From Candidatus Sericytochromatia bacterium (lineage in GTDB: Bacteria > Cyanobacteriota > Sericytochromatia > S15B-MN24 > VGJW01), in assembly GCA_035285865.1 (NCBI GenBank), contig JAYKHS010000017.1, positions 1 through 64,000 of the forward strand: a stretch of 64,000 bases of DNA, written 5' to 3'. The translations under genes and the position numbers were made by a program. The stretch's first letter is position 1. Each line of letters starts with the position of its first letter. Below the pieces are notes generated by a model, which had not been told where the DNA came from, searched no databases, and was given only the letters and a program-made list of their open reading frames with translations. Shown here piece by piece: positions 52,066-61,692 of this stretch.

Positions 52066-53493
52066 TCAGGCCGCCTTGCTGCCGGGGGCCACGGCGTTGA
52101 CCGGGGTGGTCGCGGCGGGCTTGAGCGGGTACTTGGTGGCGGCATCGATGCGGGCCTTCTCGGCGGCAGCTTCCTGCTGCTTCCGGTTGCGATCCGCGAT
52201 CTCGGCCTCGAGCGCCGCGATCCGCTGCAGGGTCCGTTCGTAACCCTGCATCCAGATGGTGTCGGCACCCGTGATGGCCAGCGGGTTGGTCGAGGAAGAG
52301 GCCTGGAGGGTGTTGTACCGGGCAGCACCGGCAATCTTCTCCTCGAGGGCCTTGACCCGCTCCGTGCCAGCCGTCTGCTCGGCGGCGAACTCCGTCTTCA
52401 TCACGCCGTCCAGCTTCTCCATCTGCGTCAGGCCTTCGAGACGCTTGTCGATGAGACCCTGCTTCTCGTTGAGCGTGGCGATCTCGGCCTCGAGGGCAGC
52501 GACCTTGCTCTTGGCTGCGTCGTACTTGGCGAGGAGGTCCTTGTCGGTTTCGGTGACCTTGTCGGCCGGCAGAGCACGCAGGTATTCCGCGACGCCATCC
52601 TTGAGCGGCATGTTGCCGACGATCTCGAGACGCTCCTTGCCCTTGGCCTGTTCCTGATCGTAGAGGGCCTTCTTTTCGGCCTCGAGTGCCTTGCGTTCGC
52701 CGGCGTAGGGGCTCATCTCGGCCTGGGCGGCCTTGACGATGTCCGCTGCTGCATTCTTGAACATGTCCTTGGCCTGGGTGGTGTTCCAGGCGTTGTTGAA
52801 CTCTTCGACGGACTTGGCCATCGTGCCGTCCGGCATCACGAGATCGTTGTCCGCGTTGGTGTCGGCGTCGAAGCGTCCCAGGGCGCCGGTGACCTCGCCG
52901 TCTTCGCGGGTGGCGGACAGGGAACCCGAGAGGTCCATGTACTTGCCCTTGTCCTCGAATCGGATGAGGTCGCCCTTGGGGCTGGTGACCTCGAGGTTGG
53001 CCCCCTTGCGCTCGATCTGGCCGCCGCCGGGCAGGTCGAAGGCCTTGCCTTCCGCAACCGAGACTTCCTTGTCGTTGACGAAGAGCTTGTCGGCCTGGGC
53101 GTCGTACCGGACGACGTTCTCGCCGACACGCAGCGCGGCGCCGACATTGACGGTGGAGCCGACGGCGCCGAGGCCCTCGACCTTCTGCTGGTTGCTCTGC
53201 AGCTCGAGGTCACCCTTGTCGCTCTTGAACAGGCTGACGGTGCCGATGTTCATGTTGTCCCACTTGCGGCCATCGCCCGACACGAAGTGCGGATCGCCCC
53301 AGCTGCGGAAATCGAGACCGGAGGCCTGGCCCCGGGCCGGAGTCATGGCATTGTCCAGAGCAGGCAGGCTGGGCTGGTTGCCCGAGCCGAAGTCGGCTGC
53401 CGGAGCATCGGCGGCAGCCTTGACCGTCGGCGCAGCCGTGCTGGCGATCTGAGCGCCGGCGATGGTCGGCTTGCTGGTGATTGCGTCAGCCAT
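52066..53493 (-). CDS. VWD-like (GDPH) domain plus coiled-coil protein
   Basis: SWGDPHFVSGDG...GALGRFD...DL...W; long helical C-terminal half. Start moved to MADA at 53493, which has a G-rich RBS. Confidence 0.75.
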   Translation of the reverse strand: MADAITSKPTIAGAQIASTAAPTVKAAADAPAADFGSGNQPSLPALDNAMTPARGQASGLDFRSWGDPHFVSGDGRKWDNMNIGTVSLFKSDKGDLELQSNQQKVEGLGAVGSTVNVGAALRVGENVVRYDAQADKLFVNDKEVSVAEGKAFDLPGGGQIERKGANLEVTSPKGDLIRFEDKGKYMDLSGSLSATREDGEVTGALGRFDADTNADNDLVMPDGTMAKSVEEFNNAWNTTQAKDMFKNAAADIVKAAQAEMSPYAGERKALEAEKKALYDQEQAKGKERLEIVGNMPLKDGVAEYLRALPADKVTETDKDLLAKYDAAKSKVAALEAEIATLNEKQGLIDKRLEGLTQMEKLDGVMKTEFAAEQTAGTERVKALEEKIAGAARYNTLQASSSTNPLAITGADTIWMQGYERTLQRIAALEAEIADRNRKQQEAAAEKARIDAATKYPLKPAATTPVNAVAPGSKAA

Positions 53494-53496
53494 GGT

Positions 53497-53608
53497 TTCA
53501 TCCCCCCTTGATGAAGCACGCGGTTGCGAAGGCCGTTCGACGAGGGTCGGTGTCCATCCCCCCCGGGATGTCCCGCCGCGTCTGCACCTGTTTCCAGGTG
53601 GCCTTCGC
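53497..53608 (-). ncRNA. Candidate structured 5' leader RNA
   Basis: A 9-bp outer stem enclosing three hairpins, plus an RBS-covering hairpin (see findings). Confidence 0.45.
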
Positions 53609-53708
53609 TTGAGGGGGTTATCCGGAGAATCCCAGACCAGGCTGTCTGCGGTAACAGGAATTTCAAGAAGGCCGAACAATCTGCCGTTCTGGACCCCCAA
53701 GAGGGAAA

Positions 53709-53735
53709 CCCCCCGCGTGGTGGGCACGCGGGGGG
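53709..53735 (-). terminator. Intrinsic terminator-like hairpin after the lipoprotein operon
   Basis: CCCCCCGCGTG-n5-CACGCGGGGGG followed by TTT on the minus strand. Confidence 0.75.
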
Positions 53736-53750
53736 CGGGGAGTCCAAGAT

Positions 53751-54887
53751 TCAGGGCGAGACGACGATTGTAGCCGTGGCCACGACGTTACCCGTCTTGA
53801 CCTCGATCGTGCCTGTGCCGGCATCCGTGAAGGCGATGCTGCTGGTTGCGACTGGTGTTGAGGATCCGCCCCCGCCCCCGCCTCCACCTTGCCCACCCGC
53901 AACGCTACCTGTAACTGTCGTGGTTGTCAGGAACGGTTCGAAGTTTCCGATGCTGCCGGCGGTCGGCAGGCCTGATGGGCCCTGACCTCCGGCGGCCCCG
54001 CCGCCGCTGCCGCCGGCTGTCGCTGCCTGGACATTGGTCATGTTCCAGAAGAGGTTGACACCAGACAGGGCTGAACCGTTGCTGCCCTTGGCCACGACCT
54101 GAAAACTTGCCGTGCCGTTTTTGGCGAGGGTGCCGCCGGTCTGAGTCAACTCCAGAGCCGTGACGGTCTGGAACATGTCTCCGCTTCTGACGGTGCGCGG
54201 GCCATAGGTCAGGATGACGGAGTCGCTGGTGGCTCCCTCGGGCACCGGGAACTCCAGAGATGTGCCGGATTGCGAGACCTGCAACAAGGCGCTGGAGACC
54301 GGTATGCCGCCGATGCTGACGCTGAGCCCGTCCTTGCTGGTCGGCAGATTCACGCCCGTGACCTTGATGTAGGCACCTGCCCCTGCGGCTGGGGGGTTGA
54401 TGAGCGTGATGGCCGGAACCTTGGTTTCCTGCATCGTCAGGCGGAGGGCGATTTTCTGATTTGGGACCAGCTTGGCCGTTGCCGTCCCGATGCCGACCTC
54501 GGTGTTGTTCGCGTCGAATGCCTGAACGTTGACCGTGACGTTTCCGGTGACGGGAACCGTGAGGTCTGCGATCGTGAGCATCGAGGTCGGAGCACCATCG
54601 CGATTCACGGAACCCTGTCCGAGGGTATTGCCCGAGCTGTCCTTCACCACCGCATCGATCCGGACGGCCTCGACAGGGATGGCCGCCACGGTTCGGTCGG
54701 GCCAACGAATGGTAAGGGTCAGGCTTGCCTTTTCGGTCGGTGTTGCCTGTTCGATCTCATTGCCAATGCCAGTCACTTCAGCAGGCGGAGCGTGCAGGGG
54801 GATACCGCCGGCGCAAGCCGAGAGGCCGGCCGCAAGAATCGCAGAGGCCGTGAAGGCTGCAGGATGTTGAAGGTTGCGCACGGTCAT
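53751..54887 (-). CDS. Lipoprotein with IPT/TIG and Ig-like domains
   Basis: Lipobox LSAC; SLTLTIRWPDRTVAAIP; IPT motif PAITLINP...IKVTGVNL. Start MTVR overlaps the upstream stop. Confidence 0.8.
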   Translation of the reverse strand: MTVRNLQHPAAFTASAILAAGLSACAGGIPLHAPPAEVTGIGNEIEQATPTEKASLTLTIRWPDRTVAAIPVEAVRIDAVVKDSSGNTLGQGSVNRDGAPTSMLTIADLTVPVTGNVTVNVQAFDANNTEVGIGTATAKLVPNQKIALRLTMQETKVPAITLINPPAAGAGAYIKVTGVNLPTSKDGLSVSIGGIPVSSALLQVSQSGTSLEFPVPEGATSDSVILTYGPRTVRSGDMFQTVTALELTQTGGTLAKNGTASFQVVAKGSNGSALSGVNLFWNMTNVQAATAGGSGGGAAGGQGPSGLPTAGSIGNFEPFLTTTTVTGSVAGGQGGGGGGGGSSTPVATSSIAFTDAGTGTIEVKTGNVVATATIVVSP

Positions 54888-55663
54888 TCCACCACCAGAT
54901 CGATGCCGCCGACTGCCTTGACCTCGATATTGGCAGTCGCCGAGGGGACTGTCAGATCGGCCGGGTAGGCCAGATCGTCTGCCGGGATGGCGATGATCTC
55001 GGTGGCACCACGGCCTACCGCAGTCACCAGACCGTTGGCGTCCACGGTGGCGACCAGCGTGTTGCGGCTGCGCCACTTTGCGCGGCTGTCCTTGAGGCCG
55101 TTGTTGAGCGTGACCTCAGCGGTGAGCTTGAGGGTTGTCGGCTTGCCCAAGCTGTTCACGCCATCGGGTGCCGGCTCGTAGATGACCCTCGGTAGGTTGC
55201 CAACTGGGCCATTGCCGACCAGAAGGCCGATGCCCATGGACTCGAAGGGGGCGTAAGGGTTGTTGTTGGACACAGGGGCAACGGTCGGTGAAGGTCCGCT
55301 CGCCCCCGGACTGGCTGGCGTGCTCGTGGCCGTCGGCGTCGCATTCGATCCGGGGATCGGCGTAACGTTGGTCGCGGGTGACGCGGTGGGCTGGGTGCCG
55401 TTGCTGCCACCGTTCGTGTTGCTATCAGGGTTGCCTGGCGTTGGCGTCGCGGTCGGGGCAGGACTCCGGTCCGTGATGCCGCCATTGACGGTGTCCTGGC
55501 CTGCGGGTCTCGGGGTCGGGCTCTTGGTGGCTGTCGTCGTAGGCTTGCGTGTTGCAACTGCACCCGTTGTCGGGGAAGTGGTGGCGCCCGTGCATCCTGG
55601 GACGTGGACGGCCAATATGAGCCCGCCCACGGCCAAGCTCAACGCGAGTCTTGATGAGGTCAC
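54884..55663 (-). CDS. Lipoprotein with Pro/Thr linker and Big_2 Ig-like domain (candidate anchor subunit)
   Basis: Lipobox-like VPGC; KWRSRNTLVATVDANGLVTAVGRG; ends GGIDLVVE. Confidence 0.8.
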   Translation of the reverse strand: MTSSRLALSLAVGGLILAVHVPGCTGATTSPTTGAVATRKPTTTATKSPTPRPAGQDTVNGGITDRSPAPTATPTPGNPDSNTNGGSNGTQPTASPATNVTPIPGSNATPTATSTPASPGASGPSPTVAPVSNNNPYAPFESMGIGLLVGNGPVGNLPRVIYEPAPDGVNSLGKPTTLKLTAEVTLNNGLKDSRAKWRSRNTLVATVDANGLVTAVGRGATEIIAIPADDLAYPADLTVPSATANIEVKAVGGIDLVVE

Positions 55664-55681
55664 TGCTGTTGCTTTCGGGAT

Positions 55682-58228
55682 TCAGTTGAGGGTGGCGGTC
55701 TGCACGATGTTTCGATAGTTGCCGTCGTAGTAGGAGAACATGTGGATCTTGCTCCCTACGACCACAAGGTTGGCATAGATGCTGCCCGAGGGCGCAGTGG
55801 GCATCTGCTCCCAGTTGCCAATGTTGTCGTTTGCATCGATTGGGGCGCGGTACACGAGCCGGGTTTGCCAGCTGTTGTAGCTCGAACTGTAGCTGTAGAA
55901 GATGTAGACATAGTTGCCTATGACAGCACAGTTCGAGGCATACATGTCATATGGAAGGGTGCGATTTAGGTAGCTGAACGAACTTGTTAATGCACCGCTA
56001 CTATCGACGCTAGCTCGGTGCATGTATCCGTGATGGCTCCAGCAATTGCTGCTGTATCCCCCCAGCTTGTAAACGTATTGGCCCACATGCACCAACTGCG
56101 TGCCATAGTCGAGGCACGGCAGACGGCCGACGACTTGGAACTGCTGGAGGGTTCCATCGGCGTTGATTCGGGCCGACTGAACGGCGTCTGTGTTCCAGTG
56201 GCCACCAAAGATGTAGACATATTCCTTGATGCGCATCGCATAGGTCACGTAATAGACCTGCTGTGCCATGGTGATGGGCGCGGCAGAAAAGTTCTGGGCG
56301 ATTGATCCATCGGCGTTGACTTGTGCTCGAATTACCTGATTGTATGGGTAGCTTCCGCCATTCGACGGATATCCGGCGTAGTTATAAAGAAATCCGCCGA
56401 TGAAGTGGGGGTTGTGGCTTGGGTTGTCGCCGTTATGCATGTTCCAAGTCCAGGGTTGTGAGATGCCATTCATTGTCGTAAAGGCACCAAGGCTACCATC
56501 GTCACCCAGTTGCGTGCGTTCGACATCGTAGTTGTAGCCTTGGCTATTGTCGTATCCGCCCATCGCGTACAGGAATCGATCCTTCACGGCCAGAATGCCG
56601 GTCATGTGGGACTTCGCTGTCACGGCAGAGGTTGTCCAGTTGGTGATGGTGCCGCTCAGGACAGCAAAGTTACCCGGATTGGCTGACCCACCGGACTTGC
56701 GAGCAATACTGAGCGCTCCGGTTGTTGTCGTCGGCACGACGGCTTCAATCCGGGTGTCCGACCAGAGGTTCACGGGACAGTCGACATTATTGATTCGAAT
56801 GGTGCCCTGAGATGAACCGAAATTCGTTCCTGTCACGACAAATTCGGCCCTGGGTGCACCGGTCCGTGGGAACCAGTCCTTGATGACTGGCCGGAACTCC
56901 ACGGTCACATTCAGCTCGTTGCTGCTGCCCGCGCTGGTCCGGACGCTGATGGGGCCCTTGGTCGCGTTTTCAGGCACCTTGAAGACCAGAAACTGCTCGT
57001 CGCAAGTGGAAGGCGTGGTCGTCACGTCGCCGACGACCACCGTATTGCCCGAGGGGACGTTCGAGAAGCCGAAGCCCAGCAAGGTCACTTCCTCACCCGG
57101 CTGGTAGAAACTGCTTGCCGGGAACCAGCGCGAAATCTTGAACACCGGATTGGCGCGTCCAGCATAGAAGGTCATGCCCGTGACCGCGCCACGCGGCGTA
57201 GTCACGACCAACGAACCCGTCGCGGCGTCATTGGGCACGATGACGTAGAGGCGTTCGGTGCCACCGGCCACGATGGCACCCGGGGAGCTGCCCCCGAAGG
57301 TGACCAGATTCTGTGAGGGTGTGGGGCTGAAGCCCTTGCCCCGGATTTCGAGCGTCTGGCCGGGGCGAGCCGAGTCCGTGCTCTGGTAGGTGATTGAGGG
57401 GGCGACGTCCGACAGGGATCCGACAGGATCGAGATTGGCTGTGAGGTAGGCCAGCACGTCGGTGGCCATACCCAGGATCTGGGCGTCGGTGAAGCCCGTC
57501 GGCGCGGCCGGGGAGCGATTCAGGATGGGCGGCTTGACCGAGGCGTTGATCTTGTTCATCAAGGTAGCCGGGTCGAAGGTGGAAGGTGCCAGCTGGGCCG
57601 CGATGCAGACGGCCGTCGTCAAGGAGCTGATGCTGATGGTGCCGCCCGAGAGCGACTCCCAGGTCGAGCCGTTCCAGCGGACCAGCGTCCGGAAGCGCAC
57701 CACCGGGCTACCGGGCATGTGACCGTTGAGCCCCTTGGATGCCTCGAGGTAGTACGCTCTGCCTGTGTCGGGAATGAAGCCGTTCATCGAGAGGGTGAAC
57801 TGTCCTCGGCCGTTCGATATGGTGCTGGCTGCCGCCGAATTGCTCTCGGCGTCGATGAGCGAGATGGTGGCGAACGAGACCACTTCGGCGACGGACGCCT
57901 GGATCTTGCGGCTGACCTCGGCCGTGACGTCCACGCCGCCTTCCAGATCGGCAATCTTCTGGGACCGCCATTGCTTCAGGAACTCGGCCGACGTCAGTTG
58001 TCCCGGTTGGACGGGCTTTGGAGCCAAGGCAGCCGCCTGGACGTCCGGGGCCTCGCCGGCAGTGGTCGGGTTGCCGGTGTTGACGGGTTCGCCCCGCTGG
58101 ACCATCTGTTGGCAGCCAAGCACCAGCGCGAGCGCACCGGCGACGGCCACCCGCAGGATGCGCGCTGCGCCGTGGGTCGCCTTGGAGGAGTCGTTCACGA
58201 TGCGGTCTCCTGATTCCTGGGTGGTCAA
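55682..58228 (-). CDS. Lipoprotein with three IPT/TIG domains and a C-terminal Kelch propeller
   Basis: Lipobox VLGC; IPT motifs (GKGFS, GFGFS, GTNFG); YxxGG Kelch repeats. Confidence 0.85.
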   Translation of the reverse strand: MTTQESGDRIVNDSSKATHGAARILRVAVAGALALVLGCQQMVQRGEPVNTGNPTTAGEAPDVQAAALAPKPVQPGQLTSAEFLKQWRSQKIADLEGGVDVTAEVSRKIQASVAEVVSFATISLIDAESNSAAASTISNGRGQFTLSMNGFIPDTGRAYYLEASKGLNGHMPGSPVVRFRTLVRWNGSTWESLSGGTISISSLTTAVCIAAQLAPSTFDPATLMNKINASVKPPILNRSPAAPTGFTDAQILGMATDVLAYLTANLDPVGSLSDVAPSITYQSTDSARPGQTLEIRGKGFSPTPSQNLVTFGGSSPGAIVAGGTERLYVIVPNDAATGSLVVTTPRGAVTGMTFYAGRANPVFKISRWFPASSFYQPGEEVTLLGFGFSNVPSGNTVVVGDVTTTPSTCDEQFLVFKVPENATKGPISVRTSAGSSNELNVTVEFRPVIKDWFPRTGAPRAEFVVTGTNFGSSQGTIRINNVDCPVNLWSDTRIEAVVPTTTTGALSIARKSGGSANPGNFAVLSGTITNWTTSAVTAKSHMTGILAVKDRFLYAMGGYDNSQGYNYDVERTQLGDDGSLGAFTTMNGISQPWTWNMHNGDNPSHNPHFIGGFLYNYAGYPSNGGSYPYNQVIRAQVNADGSIAQNFSAAPITMAQQVYYVTYAMRIKEYVYIFGGHWNTDAVQSARINADGTLQQFQVVGRLPCLDYGTQLVHVGQYVYKLGGYSSNCWSHHGYMHRASVDSSGALTSSFSYLNRTLPYDMYASNCAVIGNYVYIFYSYSSSYNSWQTRLVYRAPIDANDNIGNWEQMPTAPSGSIYANLVVVGSKIHMFSYYDGNYRNIVQTATLN

Positions 58229-59286
58229 GGTTCGAAAGCCCCGCCTACGGCGGAAGGCACGTTGCCGGACAGTTGGCCGCCGGGAAGCCGGCTGCCGTCT
58301 CCGGTCGGCGTGTTCTGACCGCTCACGGGAGGGATGATGTTGATGCTCATGGTCGCGTTGCCAGACGCGTTTATGGCGGAAAGGGTCCCCGAGGTGGCTC
58401 CGACCGGCACGCGCACCTTGATGCCATTGGCGACGGTTTCCAGCACTGGAGTCACCAGCGTGCCGAACTTGACTGTCGTCTGGAAGCCGTTTTCCTGCAA
58501 CTTGGTGCCCAGCAGCGTCACGATGCCGCCTTCGGGCGCCGGGTTGGGGGACATGGCCAGCAGGCGCAGCTCGTTGATGGCCGAGGCCGCGCCACCCTTG
58601 AGCTTGTAGACGCCGGCGTCAAGGATGATCGCTTCCACCGGGTCCCGGTCTTCGCCCATGGCCTGTCGCGCCAAGGCATTGACCGTGTCGTACTTCGCCT
58701 GCGTGACGCCGATGTCGGGGTTCGGGACCAGGATCAGGTTGTAGCCGTCGTCCAGGAAGATGTCGATCAGCAGCCGACCGTCGATTCCCTCGAAGCCCGC
58801 GATGATGGAAAGGGCCGTCGTGCCGGGGGTGATGGCGAGCGCGCCCTGGCTCATGGAGTAGAAGCCTGTGCTTGCCTTCAGGAAGACGGTTCTTACGCGG
58901 ACGGCAGCCACCCCGGGTGCATTCGAGGAAAGCCCTTTCACGGCCTCGAGGATGTAGGGCGTTTCGAGGGCCAGCTTGTTGGTGACCTCCGCGGTGAAGT
59001 TGAATTCGCCCTGACTGTTCGTCAGCGTGGTGGCAATCGTTTCGCTGGACCCCATGTCGATGATGGACACGGTGGCGGCCAGTGCCACGTCGCGGATGCC
59101 GTATGCCTGAGCTTGTCGCTCCTGAGGGAATCGAACCTGCCCTGACAAGGCTGTAGAGGCCATGTGGTCACGATCGTTCGCGGATGCTGGCCCGACCGTG
59201 GCGCAGGCCGGTTGCAGGAGCGACAGCATCAACACCGCCACCATCGCCAGCATGCGCTGGACGGGGGGCGGGCGAACAGGGGTCAT
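58225..59286 (-). CDS. Lipoprotein with one IPT/TIG domain; N-domain paralogous to 55682-58228
   Basis: Lipobox-like QPAC; shared AThShID, YhLEAxKGL, PG...VRxRT, TTA and DPV motifs. Confidence 0.8.
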   Translation of the reverse strand: MTPVRPPPVQRMLAMVAVLMLSLLQPACATVGPASANDRDHMASTALSGQVRFPQERQAQAYGIRDVALAATVSIIDMGSSETIATTLTNSQGEFNFTAEVTNKLALETPYILEAVKGLSSNAPGVAAVRVRTVFLKASTGFYSMSQGALAITPGTTALSIIAGFEGIDGRLLIDIFLDDGYNLILVPNPDIGVTQAKYDTVNALARQAMGEDRDPVEAIILDAGVYKLKGGAASAINELRLLAMSPNPAPEGGIVTLLGTKLQENGFQTTVKFGTLVTPVLETVANGIKVRVPVGATSGTLSAINASGNATMSINIIPPVSGQNTPTGDGSRLPGGQLSGNVPSAVGGAFEP

Positions 59287-59346
59287 GTTGTAACCGTACC
59301 CCCCATGCTGAAATTGTTTCAGTATTTCTCCGACTGCTTGGAGAGA

Positions 59347-60342
59347 TCAGGTCGCGGGCGGCGTGCGCGTTCCCATGATCTGGCCGATGCCTCCGAGCGC
59401 GCCCAGCATGGCCGTGGCTTCGTAGGGCATGTAGATGGTCTTGGTGTCGCTGCCGGCGTTCAGTTCGCGGAAGGCGTCGATGTACCGGATGGCCAGCAGG
59501 TAGCTGGCAGGATCGCCGCCGGCCACGCGTACGGCTTCGGCGATGCGCAGGATGGCCTGGCCCTCTGCCTCGGCGACGCGCAATCTGGCCTGCGCCTCGG
59601 CTTCGGCGGCCATGATGCGCGCCTGCTTGTCGCCTTCCGCCTGGTTGATCTGGGCGTCCTTGATGCCTTCGGATTCGAGGATGCGGGCACTCTTCTGGCC
59701 TTCGGCCTCGAGAATGGCCGCACGACGGTCCCGTTCGGCGCGCATCTGCTTCTCCATCGCGCCCTTGATCTCGAGGGGGGGCGTGATGTCCTGAAGTTCG
59801 ACCCGGGTGACCTTGATGCCCCACTTGTGGGTGGCTTGGTCCAGGATCGAGCGCAGCTTGCTGTTGATCGTGTCGCGGCTCGTCAGCGTCTCGTCGAGGT
59901 CCAGTTCGCCGATGACGTTGCGCAGCGAGGTCTGCGTCAGCTTCTCGATGGCGTCGGGGAGATTGGCAATCTCGTAGATGACCTTGACGGGTTCCGTGAC
60001 CTGGAAATAGAGGAGGGCACTGATGTCCACGACGACGTTGTCCCGGGTGATGACGTTCTGGCGGGGAAAGTCGAAGACCGTCTCGCGCAGGTCGATGCGC
60101 AGGACCCGCTGCTGGATCGTGGTTTGCTTGCCCTTGCCCGTCTCGACGTTGTAGCGCCACTCGACTTCGCGCGGGATGTCGATGATCGGCCAGATGATGT
60201 TGGGACCCGAGCTCAGCGTGCGGTGGTAGGAGCCGAGACGTTCCACCACGATGGCCTCGCTTTGCTTGACGATGATGATCGCCTTGCTGATGAGGGCGAT
60301 GGCCAGCAAGGCCAACAGGATCAGGGGCAACATGCTTTCCAA
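59347..60342 (-). CDS. SPFH/band 7 (paraslipin/QmcA-like) protein
   Basis: VVERLGSY, QNVITRDNV, LRNVIG, QMRAERDRRA. Confidence 0.95.
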   Translation of the reverse strand: MESMLPLILLALLAIALISKAIIIVKQSEAIVVERLGSYHRTLSSGPNIIWPIIDIPREVEWRYNVETGKGKQTTIQQRVLRIDLRETVFDFPRQNVITRDNVVVDISALLYFQVTEPVKVIYEIANLPDAIEKLTQTSLRNVIGELDLDETLTSRDTINSKLRSILDQATHKWGIKVTRVELQDITPPLEIKGAMEKQMRAERDRRAAILEAEGQKSARILESEGIKDAQINQAEGDKQARIMAAEAEAQARLRVAEAEGQAILRIAEAVRVAGGDPASYLLAIRYIDAFRELNAGSDTKTIYMPYEATAMLGALGGIGQIMGTRTPPAT

Positions 60343-60358
60343 GACAAAGGCTCCTTCC

Positions 60359-60832
60359 CTATGGGGTGGCGAGAGTTGCCGTCGGTTCCTCCGACGGACA
60401 GACGGTCAGTTTGCTGCCATCGACGGCCAGGACCACGATGCGGACGTCCGCATCGATGGGCTCGCCGTTCGCCGAGATGGCCCACCAATCTTCTCCGCCG
60501 ACCTGGACGCGTCCTTCGTCGACTTCGGGGCGGATGGGGACGACAACCCGGCCTTCCTTGCCGATGATGGCGGCCACGTTGGTGAGCACCTCGCCCGGGG
60601 GGCCAAGCATCCGCAGCAGGAAGGGACGCAGGGCAGCCATCGACAGCACGCTTGCGACGGAAAAGGCAATCAGGGCTTCCGTCCCTGCGTCGCCGAGGGC
60701 AATGGATCCGGCGGCCGCAAGGGCACCGATGGCGAGGCACGCGAGGAAGAATGTCGTGGTCAGGACTTCCGCAAGCAGCAGGACCACGGCGAGGGCAAGC
60801 CACGCCTGAGCGTTGTGCAGCCAATCGATCAT
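60359..60832 (-). CDS. NfeD family (C-terminal type) protein
   Basis: TM helices, IIGKEG, GRVQVGGEDWWA; adjacent to the SPFH gene. Confidence 0.92.
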   Translation of the reverse strand: MIDWLHNAQAWLALAVVLLLAEVLTTTFFLACLAIGALAAAGSIALGDAGTEALIAFSVASVLSMAALRPFLLRMLGPPGEVLTNVAAIIGKEGRVVVPIRPEVDEGRVQVGGEDWWAISANGEPIDADVRIVVLAVDGSKLTVCPSEEPTATLATP

Positions 60833-60985
60833 CGCGCGGTCGCCTTCATGAATCGGAACATACCCTGCAGTCGCTCAAGGGGAACCTCGGGCCAAGGATA
60901 TTTTAAACGCGTGTGAAATCAATCTTTGGCATGCGTGAAGTCGACGATGGTCTCCATGTACCCACATGACATCCGGGAGGTCGCC

Positions 60986-61621
60986 ATGCAGGTCCGCATC
61001 GCCAAGGGAGACACGCTCTACAGTCTGGCCCGTCGTCATGGCACGACGGTCGAACAGTTGCGGGCTGCCAATCCGCAGATTCGGAACCACCACCTCATCC
61101 ATGCGGGCGACGTACTGAACCTGAGGACGGTGCCGGGGGTAGCCGGGGCCACGCCGCGGGTTCGGTCCGCAGCCGCTGCAACTGCCGCTGCGTCCGGACA
61201 GGCAGCACCCTCTTCGCGTCCGCCCGCGGGCCTGCGCCCGGCCGTGCGGCGCTGGTGGCCGATGATCGAGAAGGCCGCCCGGGCCACCGGCGTCTCCCCG
61301 AAGGTGCTCGGGGCCCTGGTCCAGGCGGAGTCCGAGGGCAATCCCGGTGCGCGCTCGAGCGTGGGCGCCCGGGGCTTGACGCAACTCATGCCGGCCACCG
61401 CCCGATCCGTCGGGGTGACGAACATCCGCGATCCCTGGCAGCAGCTGCTGGGAGGCGCCCGCTACCTGAAGCAGCAGCTGGATACTTTCGGCGGGGACCT
61501 TCGCAAGGCGCTTGCTGCCTACAACGCCGGGCCCGGTGCGGTTCGCGAGCATCGGGGCGTTCCCCCTTATGCCGAGACCAGACAGTATATCCGCAAGATC
61601 ATGACCACGTTGCAAGCCTGA
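60986..61621 (+). CDS. LysM plus SLT lytic transglycosylase
   Basis: GDTLYSLARRHG; AES, GLTQLMP, AYNAG; GGGAGG RBS. Confidence 0.93.
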   Translation: MQVRIAKGDTLYSLARRHGTTVEQLRAANPQIRNHHLIHAGDVLNLRTVPGVAGATPRVRSAAAATAAASGQAAPSSRPPAGLRPAVRRWWPMIEKAARATGVSPKVLGALVQAESEGNPGARSSVGARGLTQLMPATARSVGVTNIRDPWQQLLGGARYLKQQLDTFGGDLRKALAAYNAGPGAVREHRGVPPYAETRQYIRKIMTTLQA

Positions 61622-61692
61622 AGCAGCAAGAAAATCCTTGAACTGGTGATAATCTTTCTGGCTGGTTCTTAACCTCCTGGAAGGTGGTCCCC

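Noticed and set aside
53526..53608. c-di-GMP-I riboswitch call
   Set aside because: It has a GAAA hairpin and GACGC but lacks the GGCAAA/GCAAA conserved segments; kept only as an unnamed structured leader.
55682..56900. Diversity-generating retroelement target
   Set aside because: No reverse transcriptase and no template/variable repeat pair seen in the window.
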